64,000 bases of DNA, taken from contig NC_043012.1 in NCBI RefSeq assembly GCF_006345805.1, positions 682,001 through 746,000 on the forward strand. The letters are read 5' to 3'. The notes under the pieces are model-generated. The model was not told the origin of the DNA, did not search any database, and was given only the letters and a program-made list of their open reading frames with translations. How positions within the stretch are numbered: the stretch's first letter is position 1; each line of letters starts with the position of its first letter. The DNA is from Octopus sinensis (lineage: Eukaryota). A program made the position numbers and the translations under genes. Shown here piece after piece: positions 12,295-23,342 of the stretch.

Positions 12295-14688
12295 ATGATT
12301 AGATCGAGATTATACTACTTATGTTGCATGTCTCTAAAGCCTCGACATAAAAAGTTGATATCGAAAGTCTTTCCAGCCAATCCTGATGATGGTCTTATAA
12401 AATGCAGACTGGATAAGTTACTACTTTATGCTTCCTCTAAGCCTGATAAGTTTCTTGAGATTGCCGAGAATTTTGCCCAACGAATCAATAGAGATTTATA
12501 CCGTCATTACCGAATTAGTTATATTTTCCTCTCCATGGAAGCTCTGTACGAGTTACTTCTGGCGTCCCGTGTGCATGGACTCCATATACTAACACCGACT
12601 TATCTAACTGTGATTAAAAAATTACTTGACAACAACTGTATCGATCTGCAAGTGCTAGCAACGGATTATTTTATAAAGTTTACTTACATAGACGACGATA
12701 CGCAGACCTACTACGACTGGTACGACCTCTTTGTATTACGCTTTAAAGATATGTGTTATTGCAAGAGCGCAACAGGGCTGACTAAATATCGAATTCGAAT
12801 AACTGGTTTGCGTGGAATTCAAGGAATAATACGCAAAGCTATCAATGATGAACAAGAATTGAGTATTTGGCAAAGTGAAAAGATTCAGAAAATTGTATCT
12901 TCGCTCCTTTACAACATGCATGATGCTTCACCACTGTCGCCAGAACAGAGCTATTTAGAAGATGTTTCTTCCCTCTCTTCTACTGCAGAAAAAATATTCA
13001 GTGATCTTATAAACCATGCTACGTTCGGTACAATCAAATCAATACTAAAGCCTGTTTTAATCCACTTCGATTACCATCAACTTTGGGTGCCAAATGAGTT
13101 TGCGGTGAAAGCTTTTAAAATCATAATGAATTCGATTCAAAGCAAATACAGCTATTTAGTTCTTCAGATGCTGGTCTATCACATGGATAACTACATAGAA
13201 AATGAACCAGTAATCAAGACAAATATCATTGATGTTGTTTTCCAGAATGTGCTGATTGCTTCGCCATCTTGTGTCTTTCCTACGATGCTGGAAGTTTTTG
13301 ATTCTTTACTAAAACATTTAAAACACTCCGTTCACTCGGACCACTCAGACTGGCAATACAGGGAAATAGAAGAGACATTCCAAAATACTGCCGCTAATAC
13401 TATTTGTCAAATAGCAAACAGGTTAACGTGCTATCAGAAGATCGATGCTATGATGTTTCTATTGGGAAAATTTCCAGCGGATGGCACAGGCCAAAGTTTC
13501 GAAATCCTTCAGATTATCAAGTTACAGAAAATGATCCTTATGGTTCTTCATAAAATTTCTAATGAATTACGTTTTGTTGTCGGAATGAACGCTTTTTCTC
13601 CCGAGTTTCTTGTTCTTCTATTAAAAGTATCACAAAACAAAAATCCCCGTTTTAGAATGAGAGTTGAACAAATTTTACACGGCCTCTTAGACAAACATCA
13701 AAATACAACCGTTCTTAGTAAGGTTTGCCTGTTGAAAGATCTGTCCGAGATAAAATTCGAAATAACACCAAGAGTTGACGAAATATTCATGAAGAAAAAT
13801 GGGTATATTTTTTATCAGCATATTTATGAAAGTATCGAACTGGAAAATAATGATATTGAAAACTTTGAAATGATTTATTGCACAATGGCTTTGATTGCTG
13901 TCGAGTTTGGCTGTAGAGATATTATAGTTGATCTCTACAGATTAGCACTCGATATACAAGACATGGTAACCATAAACGCCTATCTTTCAACGAAACACTC
14001 GTTTGCCGTACACAGCCTGATAGCAGCTTACATGAGCCTCTTGAGCAAGTTATTTTTTATTGCAGGTATACAGGATCATATAAGTGAAATAATTGAACTC
14101 AGAAGTCATGAAGCTAAGAATTTGCTCCCTGATTTTGTATACTGTAACAAATCTGCGGCAAAAGTATATCCGAAAGAGTTTGTCATAGACGAGAGTTTGT
14201 TGTTTTCTCGGAAGCTCATCTTTGAATATTTTCAGGCCGTTAGCGCTATCAACGTAGAGTTAAACACATCTGTAAGGACGAAGAAATCGTTTTCAGTCGA
14301 CAGTACTAGGAGTATAATGGATATGGCCACCCCTGCTAATATTTCTGATAGTGAATTTGAACAATTTCAACGTATGGTACAGGGTTTTGATAGTGATAAA
14401 GAATTCACATTTGACGCTATGAAGGAAGTGCTAACAAGGAAAAAATTAGATACAGAAGATAATGATAATGACAAACGAATACAGATATTTAGAAAATTTA
14501 AGTTTGGAGCATTCGAAGACATGGTGCAAACTTCGAAAGATAAGCAGATAAATTTTGAAGCTAGTTTGAAAAAAGCTCTTGCCACCTTCACTGACTCGCC
14601 AGATATATCTTTACATGTATTACTTGACAAAACCCTAGATCCTTCTTACTTATATGAAGACATTCAGATTCCCGTAAGTATTTATTGA
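12295..14688 (+). CDS. EFR3: EFR3 homologue (plasma-membrane anchor of the PI4KIIIalpha complex, ARM-like repeats); divergent, single coding exon, 797 aa
   Basis: N-terminal LCCMSLKPRHKKLISKVFPANPDDGL..LDKLLLYA..KPDK matches EFR3 CCCxALRPRYKRLVDxIFPxxPxDGL..MEKLTFYA..xPEK. Also SMEALYELLLA, LQVLATDYFIKF, RITGLRGIQGIIRKAINDE and KIQKIVSSLLYNM, plus the C-terminal FKFGAFEDMV and LYEDIQIP..IY. First in-frame ATG is at 12295; the track start at 12262 is a TTG inside the poly-T tract. Confidence 0.93.
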   Translation: MIRSRLYYLCCMSLKPRHKKLISKVFPANPDDGLIKCRLDKLLLYASSKPDKFLEIAENFAQRINRDLYRHYRISYIFLSMEALYELLLASRVHGLHILTPTYLTVIKKLLDNNCIDLQVLATDYFIKFTYIDDDTQTYYDWYDLFVLRFKDMCYCKSATGLTKYRIRITGLRGIQGIIRKAINDEQELSIWQSEKIQKIVSSLLYNMHDASPLSPEQSYLEDVSSLSSTAEKIFSDLINHATFGTIKSILKPVLIHFDYHQLWVPNEFAVKAFKIIMNSIQSKYSYLVLQMLVYHMDNYIENEPVIKTNIIDVVFQNVLIASPSCVFPTMLEVFDSLLKHLKHSVHSDHSDWQYREIEETFQNTAANTICQIANRLTCYQKIDAMMFLLGKFPADGTGQSFEILQIIKLQKMILMVLHKISNELRFVVGMNAFSPEFLVLLLKVSQNKNPRFRMRVEQILHGLLDKHQNTTVLSKVCLLKDLSEIKFEITPRVDEIFMKKNGYIFYQHIYESIELENNDIENFEMIYCTMALIAVEFGCRDIIVDLYRLALDIQDMVTINAYLSTKHSFAVHSLIAAYMSLLSKLFFIAGIQDHISEIIELRSHEAKNLLPDFVYCNKSAAKVYPKEFVIDESLLFSRKLIFEYFQAVSAINVELNTSVRTKKSFSVDSTRSIMDMATPANISDSEFEQFQRMVQGFDSDKEFTFDAMKEVLTRKKLDTEDNDNDKRIQIFRKFKFGAFEDMVQTSKDKQINFEASLKKALATFTDSPDISLHVLLDKTLDPSYLYEDIQIPVSIY

Positions 14689-14701
14689 GAAAATTAAAAT
14701 G

Positions 14702-14707
14702 AATAAA
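14702..14707 (+). promoter_or_regulatory. Possible polyadenylation signal AATAAA
   Basis: 13 nt after the EFR3 stop codon. The context is AT-rich, so a chance match is possible. Confidence 0.3.
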
Positions 14708-15054
14708 TAATGCTTATCATACCATTTGTCTTTGAGCAAATTTTCTGGTCTTGCTATTTTCAAAGAAAATGCAACAGAACAATTTCAATGTACATTCTTT
14801 GTTTTTTTTTTTGTTATGTTCTATGGATACATTTAAAATAATCCTCTTTGGTTGGTATCCGTACTACACCTATATCATCACAGGTGAAACTGAAAATTTT
14901 TCAGTTGGAAGTTTATAATCAACAGCATCATCATTTTGAAGTGTATCTCTATAGATTTTCTATAGAATTTAGAGCCAAAACTGAAAGTTACGTTTCGTAT
15001 ACGAATACGTCCAGGCAAACAATGCAATCGATGATAGTAGAAAAGCAGGTAATG

Positions 15055-15103
15055 GGTGTATATACATATTTCTGGGGTTATTGCTCCTTCATCAGCCCCA
15101 CAT
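15055..15103 (-). ncRNA. Degenerate hammerhead-ribozyme-like motif
   Basis: Minus strand reads GTGGGG-CTGATGA-AGGAG-CAATAA-CCCCA-GAAA-TATGTATATAC. The core is intact; stems I and II are imperfect. Confidence 0.35.
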
Positions 15104-15652
15104 CGAATCCATTAACTATCCACGTATACATTGCTTAATGCATCCATTAAGTTTAACAGTCTAGCACAACTGGATTGCTCATTTTGCATATTAACACAGG
15201 ATTTAATACTAACAATGGTATTGTTATCGAAATGCGGTTTAAATAAAAATTAAAAATTAAGAACCCTAATCGAGTTTATCAGGTGAGGGAGAAAGCGCAG
15301 ACTGTTTTCACCAGTTAATCTGAACGTTAAAATAGAAATTATTACTTTTTTTCACTTGTTTGTCTTTCAATAGAAAGGAAAGAAGGTGTCGTTGCTTTTC
15401 TCAAACTTTAATTAACGAACTGTACTCTCAGGAGAAATGTGTTCACTTGCGCCTCTAAGAAACTTTAATGCAGACGCACCGATAATCACTGGTACCTTCT
15501 GGGTAAATGATCATGCTTTAAATGTCGAAAACAATCAATCCCGCATGAAAAGCCTAACGAGAGACGTTTCCACGTGTGAATTCCCTGATTCAGTTCCTTT
15601 CACACACACACACACACATACACACGCGTGTGTATGTCTCTCTCTCTCTCTG

Positions 15653-15684
<32 letters not shown>

Positions 15685-15694
15685 TGTGTGTGTG

Positions 15695-15977
15695 TGCTCA
15701 GAGTGTCGAGAGCAATATATAGGCCAAACCCAAAACAGTCTATACCGAGAAGATGACCGTACATAGATCCCAAATTAAAATTCTGGAATACAGAAAAATA
15801 GCATTAAGCGAACACATTGGCATTTGCACCATTAACGAACAACCCAACTTCAGAAATTTTGCTCTTTATAAATTCAGGGACAATGCAACCTATAATCAGT
15901 GCAATAGCAAACAATCATATTTTATCGCAAAATACAAACCCCTCTTGAATGCTTCTACACTACTACAAGGATCTTAG
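15695..15977 (+). mobile_element. Penelope-like element 3' fragment: C-terminal GIY-YIG endonuclease (frameshifted)
   Basis: CSECREQYIGQTQNSLY / MTVHRSQIK..LSEHIGIC..FIAKYKPLLN matches the PLE pattern C..C..QYIGQT..L..R...H.....LxxH...E..FI.KYxPxLN. Confidence 0.8.
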
Positions 15978-16319
15978 AATAATATCTACGCAAATATTAA
16001 AAGCGAATTAAAAAAGATATATTCAGAACAGCTACTACGCATGAACTTATTTAGAACAATTCCAATCACTACTGCTACAACCACAACAGGTCACTTTTAG
16101 GTCACTTGACCATTAAAGAGGATTCTATGAACAGTCTACTACTGTCATACCACTCCCGTCTTTTTCCTTCTTCTTTCTCTTCTTTTCCTACTCCTTCTTT
16201 TTCTTCGACATCTCGGTTGCTGCTGCTTAAACAATAAAAATCCAGAACCATCATTCTTCTGCACTTTTATTAATTATCTCTTCAGATCTGTTACTACCTA
16301 CTGAGCCTTAACAAAAGTA

Positions 16320-16373
<54 letters not shown>

Positions 16374-16644
16374 CAGAGACTGCAAAAAAGGAAAATGCCC
16401 TACCTATTTAAAGACAATGGAAATATTTTAAAAAGACATATTTCATTTAATTTTTCTTCAATTCAATTGTTTTTCCTGCTTTACTCTAAGTTGAAAAAGT
16501 CGAAAAGTCTGAAACCGGTACTAAAATGTTTTTCATGATAAAATCATTTTAGCATTTTCTACCTTGTCTTATTTTCTTTATATATATCAACTCGTGTATT
16601 ACTTTTCAACCTTCTATACACACGCACAAACACACACACAAACA

Positions 16645-16703
<59 letters not shown>

Positions 16704-17131
16704 TATGCAGATAGAGAGACGGACATAAATATATGGCCATTTTCACTCGGAAGTCTTCTCGTATTATTGCTATCTAGCTTCATTTTTTTCGCCCTTCTTC
16801 TCACTCAGAAGCCTGTTTCGAAGAAAATCTATATCAGAAACAACTCAGTTTTTCGATTTGTCTGCGCATGAAGCTAATAGCTTTCATGGTTAACTAATCC
16901 ATTGTGTATTCTGAACTTCGTTATGCACACAGACGTTCATATAACCACTGCTTAACATCATTATGTCTCCACACTCAGAGCTACCCAGGACTACCGAATC
17001 TAATGAAATTTCTATAGTGTTAATGCATCGGGTATATTACAAATACACATTAGACGTTGTTCTCCTTTAGGGGTATAGAACATCGTTTAGCTTATTCACG
17101 TTCGAATATGCCTGCAATGAATTGAGTATGA

Positions 17132-17518
17132 TGATGGAAGCACTCCATCGGTTACGACGATGAGGGTTCCGGTTGATCCGACCAACGGAACAGCCTGCTC
17201 GTGAAATTAACGTGTAAGTGGCTGAGCACTCCACAGACACGTGTACCCTTAACGCAGTTCTCGGGGATATTCAGCGTGACACAGAGAGTGACAAGGCCGG
17301 CCCCTTGAAATACAGGTACAACAGAAACAGCAAGAAAGAGTGAGAGAAAGTTGTGGTGAAAGAGTACAGCAGGGATCACCACCATCCCTGCCGGAGCCAC
17401 GTGGAGCTTTAGGTGTTTTCGCTCAATAAACACTCACAACGCCCGGTCTGGGAATCGAAACCACGATCCTACGACCGCGAGTCCGCTGCCCTAACCACTG
17501 GGCCATTGCGCCTCCACT
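17132..17518 (-). mobile_element. Full-length tRNA-derived SINE (family B) with 12-bp TSD
   Basis: Head GGAGGCGCAATGGCCCAGTGGTTAGGGCAGCGGACTCGCGG..GGTTTCGATTCCC (A and B boxes). TSD AATTGAGTATGA at 17120-17131 and 17519-17530. Confidence 0.88.
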
Positions 17519-18327
17519 AATTGAGTATGAATATACAAGTCATAGCATATAACACACACACACACGCACACATACAATCTAGGTTAGTTAAAATATGCTT
17601 GTGATATATTTAAACTGCTAAAATTTAAATTCACTGAAGTTACCATAGAGAAATTTTTTCTCTTATAGTAAAAAGACAGCGAAAGAGTCCAGCCTATATA
17701 TTTCTGTATGCAGCAGTGAGAATTAATCAAATATATCAGTTACGAAGCAATTATTTATACTCAACATGATTGCGGATAGTTCACGCATAGAAACAATTCA
17801 CAATTGATTTTATAATTGATACAAATATAATCTTGTTTAAATATAAATCGGACAATTTTACTCCAGAAATTTGTTAAAATTGAAAAGGTCCATAGGCTAT
17901 AAAAAAAGAGACTTTAACTACATACATTGTAGATTCATCTTATCGTCAATTAGTTTCAACTAATAAAAGTGATATACAGATATTAATAATTTGTTTCCCC
18001 CCTTCTCTCAACCCCTCTTACAAATACTTAATATGAAGGTAAAAAGTATGGGACAGAAGGAGTGAAATAAAACTACGTTCCCATTGTAAGAAGTGAATTA
18101 ATCGTAATGTATTCTCGTATTGACAGAAAAGAGATTTCTTCCTGATATGAATCAACGTATTATGTGTGAAATTTTCGCCGCCATATTGACTACTGCTGAC
18201 AAGCTTCTATTTGAAAATGGAAACTGTAATACAAACATACATACATACACACGCACAGATGCATACACACAGAGACATATATATATACATACATATATAT
18301 ATATATAATATATATATATATATAATA

Positions 18328-18372
<45 letters not shown>

Positions 18373-18379
18373 ATATATA

Positions 18380-18410
<31 letters not shown>

Positions 18411-18432
18411 GTGTGTATATATATATATATAT

Positions 18433-18484
<52 letters not shown>

Positions 18485-19202
18485 AGGGTGAGCAGAAAAA
18501 GCACAAGGAGAAAAGGTTAGACGAAAGTAGACCAAACGGAAAATTAGACAAAAACAAACATAACGAACGGGAAATTTAAGCAGACACGATACATGGAATA
18601 TTCGTAGCTGATTTTTCCTCATCAGTCAATGACCCAAAATATCATAGTGGTCTCGCGCCAATTACCATGGAGACGACTCAGTTTTGGAGGCGCCAGAGCT
18701 CTTATTAAGCCTCTGGGAAAACGCTAGTGACTGTATAATAAGACAGAAACAAACAGGAACGAACTTAGGCAGAAATGAACAAAGCAAATTTAGGCACGAA
18801 GATACACACACAGACAGACACAGACACACACATGCATATATATATATATAATCGCCCCTGTTACCACGGGATGGGACTGGATCTGGAACCATGTAGTTGG
18901 GAAGTAAGCTTCTTGCCAAACACAGACATAAAGACACGCGCGCACAGGCACACACATGTACGACTGGCGTCTTCCAGTTTCCGTCTGCTAACTCCACTCA
19001 GAAGGCATTGGTCTGCCCGAGGCTACAGTAGAAGATACTAGCCTGAAGTACCACACAGCGGGATTGAACCCGTTACAGTATAGTTTGGAAGCAAGCTTCT
19101 TACCACACACCGACGTCTGCGCTTGTACGTGTATGAAAAGTTAATGATATTCTATACATCATTGCATTGAGATTTGACTGGTACTTAGTGTCCGGATACC
19201 TC

Positions 19203-19244
19203 TCCCTGATGAGTCCCTGCTGAATGAAATCACGTGATGTAGGA
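19203..19244 (+). ncRNA. Hammerhead-ribozyme-like motif (minimal type I, partly decayed)
   Basis: TCC-CTGATGA(19206-19212)-GTCC-CTGCT-GAAT-GAAA(19226-19229)-T-CACGTG-AT-GTA|GGA. Intact core, palindromic loop 3, GUA triplet, 3-bp stem I. Confidence 0.4.
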
Positions 19245-19569
19245 ATTCTGGCGCTCATGAGAGAAGATTCTTGTTTGGTAAGAGCTACGTGTGTGTCGTT
19301 ATGCACCAAGCCCCTATATGAGACGATTTCCCAACGCTAATGGCGTAGCATTCGGTGTTCTAACACGACAACTATGTTAAGTTGGATATAGCGATTACAG
19401 CTTAGTATCAATAACATATCCGTCGCTAATCGTTAATGTGTGTGTGTGTGAGTGTGTGCGTACATGTGTGTGTGTGCATATGTGTGTGTGCGTGTGAGCG
19501 TGTGTATGTATGTGCGTGTGCGTGTGTGTATGTGCGTGCGTGTGTGCATTTGTGTGCGCGCGAGAGTGT

Positions 19570-20045
19570 ATGTGTGTATGTTTGAGTATGTAATTACGCA
19601 GCTACGTAAATGTGTGTACGTGTGTGTATGCGAGTGTGTTTGCATTTGTGTATATTCGCGTGTGTGTTTGGTTATGTACTTACGCAGGTACGTAAATGTG
19701 TGTACGTGTGTGTATGCGAGTGTGTTTGCATTTGTGTATATTCGCGTGTGTGTTTGGTTATGTAATTACGCAGCTACGTAAATGTGTGTACGTGTGTGTA
19801 TGCGAGTGTGTTTGCATTTGTGTATATTCGCGTGTGTGTTTGGTTATGTACTTACGCAGGTACGTAAATGTGTGTACGTGTGTGTATGCGAGTGTGTTTG
19901 CATTTGTGTATATTCGCGTGTGTGTTTGGTTATGTAATTACGCAGCTACGTAAATGTGTGTACGTGTGTGTATGCGAGTGTGTTTGCATTTGTGTATATG
20001 CGCGTGTGTGTTTGGTTATGTACTTACGCAGGTACGTAAATGTGT
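19570..20045. repeat. 86-bp tandem repeat with alternating variants (172-bp higher-order unit)
   Basis: Unit starts at 19610, 19696, 19782, 19868, 19954 and 20040. GTAATTACGCAGCTACG and GTACTTACGCAGGTACG alternate strictly. Confidence 0.9.
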
Positions 20046-20709
20046 GTATGTGCGTGTGCGTGTGCGTGCGTATGTATTATGTGTGTTTATTTCTCCACCG
20101 CTTGCCAACGATATTGGTTTGTTTACACCCCACTAACATAGTAGTTCTGCAAAAGGGTTCCATAGAAAAATTCTACAGAATAATTACCAAACTTTTAACA
20201 GTAATTACGGAAGTCGATTCGTTCGACTAGATCCTTCAAAGCATTGCTGCAGCATGGCCGCTGATCAATGAATGATGCAATTAAAAGAGCAACGGAAAGA
20301 CTAACAGAGAACTAGTGCGAATATTCTCTTCTTAAATTCGAACAATCTTAAATTCCTTATACTCAGCGAGGAGATTTAAGAATAAGCCCCAAAACGGTTC
20401 ATTATTTTCTGTCTATGGGTTGAAATCAGATTCTAAAGAAATTATCGTTCTTGTGGTTTCCTTTAAACTAATCACTCCTCGTTCGATTTCCAATCGAGAA
20501 TCATGATTCTATTCAGTGATGTAATATCAACGGTAACAAAAGCAGCAATATCTTTATAATTAGCATTATATTCATTATAATTAGCAGCAGCAGCAGCAGC
20601 AGCAGCGGTAGCGCCGGCAGAAGCAGCAGCGGCATTAACAGTAGTAGCAGCAGCAGCAGCATTAGATTTGATAATACTAACAACGACAGCTATGATATTG
20701 GGAAATCGT

Positions 20710-21060
20710 GGAGGCGCAATGGCCCAGTGGTTAGGGCAGCGGACTCGCGGTTTCGATTCCCAGACCGGGCATTGTGAGTGTTTATTGAGCGAAAACACCT
20801 AAAGCTTCACAAGGCTCCTGCAGGGGGGGGGGGTGAACCCTGCTGTACTCTTTCACCACAACTTTCTCTCACTCTTTCTTCCTGTTTCTGTTGTACCTGT
20901 ATTTCAAAGGGCCAGCCTTGTCACACTCTGTGTCACGCTGAATCTCCTCGAGAACTACGTGTCTGTGGAATGCTCAGCCACTTGCACGTTAATTCCACGA
21001 GCAAGCTGTTCCGTTGATCGTATCAGCTGGGACCCTCATCGTCGTAACCGACGGAGTGCT
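20710..21060 (+). mobile_element. tRNA-derived SINE family B
   Basis: Same head and body as 17132-17518, with small internal deletions. Confidence 0.85.
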
Positions 21061-21665
21061 AAGAGAGAGATTGGGAAATCAAAAACATAGTAACGTTGCT
21101 GATGAAAATAGTCTTTGCTACTATAGGCACAACTCCTGTAAGTTAGGAACAAAGGGCTAGCCGGGTACATCGACCCCTTCTCACACACCGTGGTGCTCAG
21201 GTGATACTAAATTCATTGACCCCAGAAGAATGAAAAGCAAAGTCGACTTTAGCGGGATTTGAACTCAGGCCGTAAAGACAAATGAATTGCCGCTTAGCAT
21301 TTTGCTCAGCGTCCTAAAATTTCTGCCAGTTCACCACCTTAGTAATAATGATTTCAAATTTTGGTTCAAGCTCAGCCTAGCCCAGCCGAGCCAGTTCTGG
21401 GGAGGTCGATAAGTTGATTATATCGACCTTCGGAAGCATAAAAGATAAAGTCAACCTCGGCAGAATTTGAACACAGAACGTAAAAAGAGACGAAATATAG
21501 TCAAGTATTTTGCCGGGAATGCTAACGATTCATCTTGGTCGCCGCCTTCTTTCCTGCTGCAATAATAACAGCAACGAAACAAATATATTGGCATGTGATA
21601 TTTTAGGCGCAGGCGTAACTGTATGGCAAGAAGCAAGCTTCTTACCATACAGCTACCATACAGAA

Positions 21666-22275
21666 GGCGGCGAGCTGGTAGAATCGTTAGCACGGCGGGC
21701 GAAATGCGTAGCCGTATTTCGTTTGCCGGTACGTTCTAAGTTCAAATTCCACCGAGGTCGACTTTGCCTTTCAGCCTTTCGGGGTCGATAAATTAAGTAC
21801 CAGTTACGCACTGGTGTCGATGTAATCGACTTAATCCCTTTGTCTGTCCTTGTTTGTCCTCTCTGTGTTTAGCACCTTGTGGGTAGTAAAAAAATAGAAA
21901 TAGGTATTTCGTCTGCCGCTACGTTCTGAGTTCAAATTCCGCCGAGGTCGACTTTGCCTTTCATCCTTTCGGGGTCGATAAATTAAGTACCAGTTACGCA
22001 CTGGGGTCCATGTAATCGACTTAATCCCTTTGTCTGTCCTTGTTTGTCCGCTCTGTGTTTAGCACCTTGTGGGTAGTAAAAAAATAGAAATAGGTATTTC
22101 GTCTGCCGCTACGTTCTGAGTTCAAATTCTGCCAAGGTCGACATTGCCTTTCATCCTTTCGGGGTCGATTAAATAAGTACCAGTTACGCACTGGGGTCGA
22201 TATAATCGACTTCATCCGTTTGTTTGTCCTTGTTTGTCCCCTCTGTGTGTTGCCCCTTGTGGGCAATAAAGAAAT
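21666..22275 (+). mobile_element. SINE family C trimer: one head plus three tandem ~190-bp bodies
   Basis: Head GGCGGCGAGCTGG.AGAATCGTTAGCAC. The body GTATTTCGTC..GAGGTCGACTTTGCCTTTCATCCTTTCGGGGTCGAT..GAAATA repeats from about 21713, 21903 and 22093. Confidence 0.88.
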
Positions 22276-22280
22276 AAAAA

Positions 22281-22630
22281 GCTGTCTTCCCAACCACATG
22301 GTTCCGGGTTCAGTCCCACTGCGGGCCACCTAAAGCGGGTGTCTTCTACTAGAGCCACGGGCCCATCAAAGCTTTGTGAGTGGATTTGACAGACGGAAAC
22401 TGAAAGAAGACCGCCGTATATATGTATGTATATATGTTTGCGGGCGTGTGTGTGTATTTGTCTCCCATCACCTCTTGACAAACGGTGTTGGTGTGTTTGC
22501 GTCACCGTAACAGAATAAGTACCAGGCTTTAAAAAATAATTACTGGGATCGATCCATTCGACTAAATATTCAAAGCGGTGCTCCAGTATGACCGCAGTCT
22601 AATGACTGAAACGAGTAAAAGATAAAAGAT
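22281..22630 (+). mobile_element. SINE family A composite copy (5' truncated)
   Basis: CCAACCACATGGTTCCGGGTTCAGTCCCACTGCG..GGAAACTGAAAGAAG..GCGGTGCTCCAG.ATG.CCGCAGTC.AATGACTGAAAC.AGTAAAAGA. Confidence 0.75.
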
Positions 22631-23342
22631 AAAAGTTATGTTCATAAATAAATAAATAAATAAATCTAGGGTGGATTTTAATTGGCTCGAATTTTATTGG
22701 TCCTTGTTTTATCGATTTTTGCAGGATTCGAATTATGAACACAAAGAGACGTAACTAAACAGCACGTGGGATTTCATCCGGCACACTTCCGCTTCTTCTA
22801 CTCTACTGCCTCAGAAGCCACGAAACTTGAAGTACCACCCCGCCACCATATCAACATACCTGCACCACCAACAGCACCATTTTCTCCACCAGCACCACCG
22901 TAACTAACGTTACCACACCACCGCCAACAAATGCCAACACCATCATCACCACCACCACCACCAATAATAACAAGCACTTTCTCTCGACGTGCTAGAAATA
23001 GCAGCTGAATTTCACCCAAACTACGTAGTATCATCTGAAGAAAAAAAATAGACGGGTTGGATAAGGTGGTCCTTGGTTTCAGGCATATAAAAAACCGAAG
23101 TGATGGTCGTGACTGGAATACTAAGGAATATAAGCCTGTTAAATGAAAGTTAACCTTAGTTAATACAATAACAACAACCGAAATAACAACAAACACGGCA
23201 AGCTACAACCACCCAGCACAGCATTACCGCCACCACTTCCATCCACGCACGGAAAATCTCTAACAGTCACACCATGTCGTATTTCGACCAACAACAACAA
23301 CAACACCCTGAACACAAACATTAACATCGCTACAGTAACCTT

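Noticed and set aside
16800-17100. Protein-like minus-strand stretch (RHNDVKQWLYERLC..MRRQIEKLSCF)
   Set aside because: It has multiple stops, no recognisable family and no clear splice sites.
17470-17518. tRNA-like heads (also at 20710, 35797, 42905 and others) as tRNA genes
   Set aside because: They have A/B boxes but no complete cloverleaf, and they continue into multi-copy SINE bodies with TSDs.
18595-18640. Minus-strand CTGATGAGGAAAAATCAGCTACGAAT
   Set aside because: It lacks a convincing stem II, the full GAAA and stem I, so it was not called an HHR.
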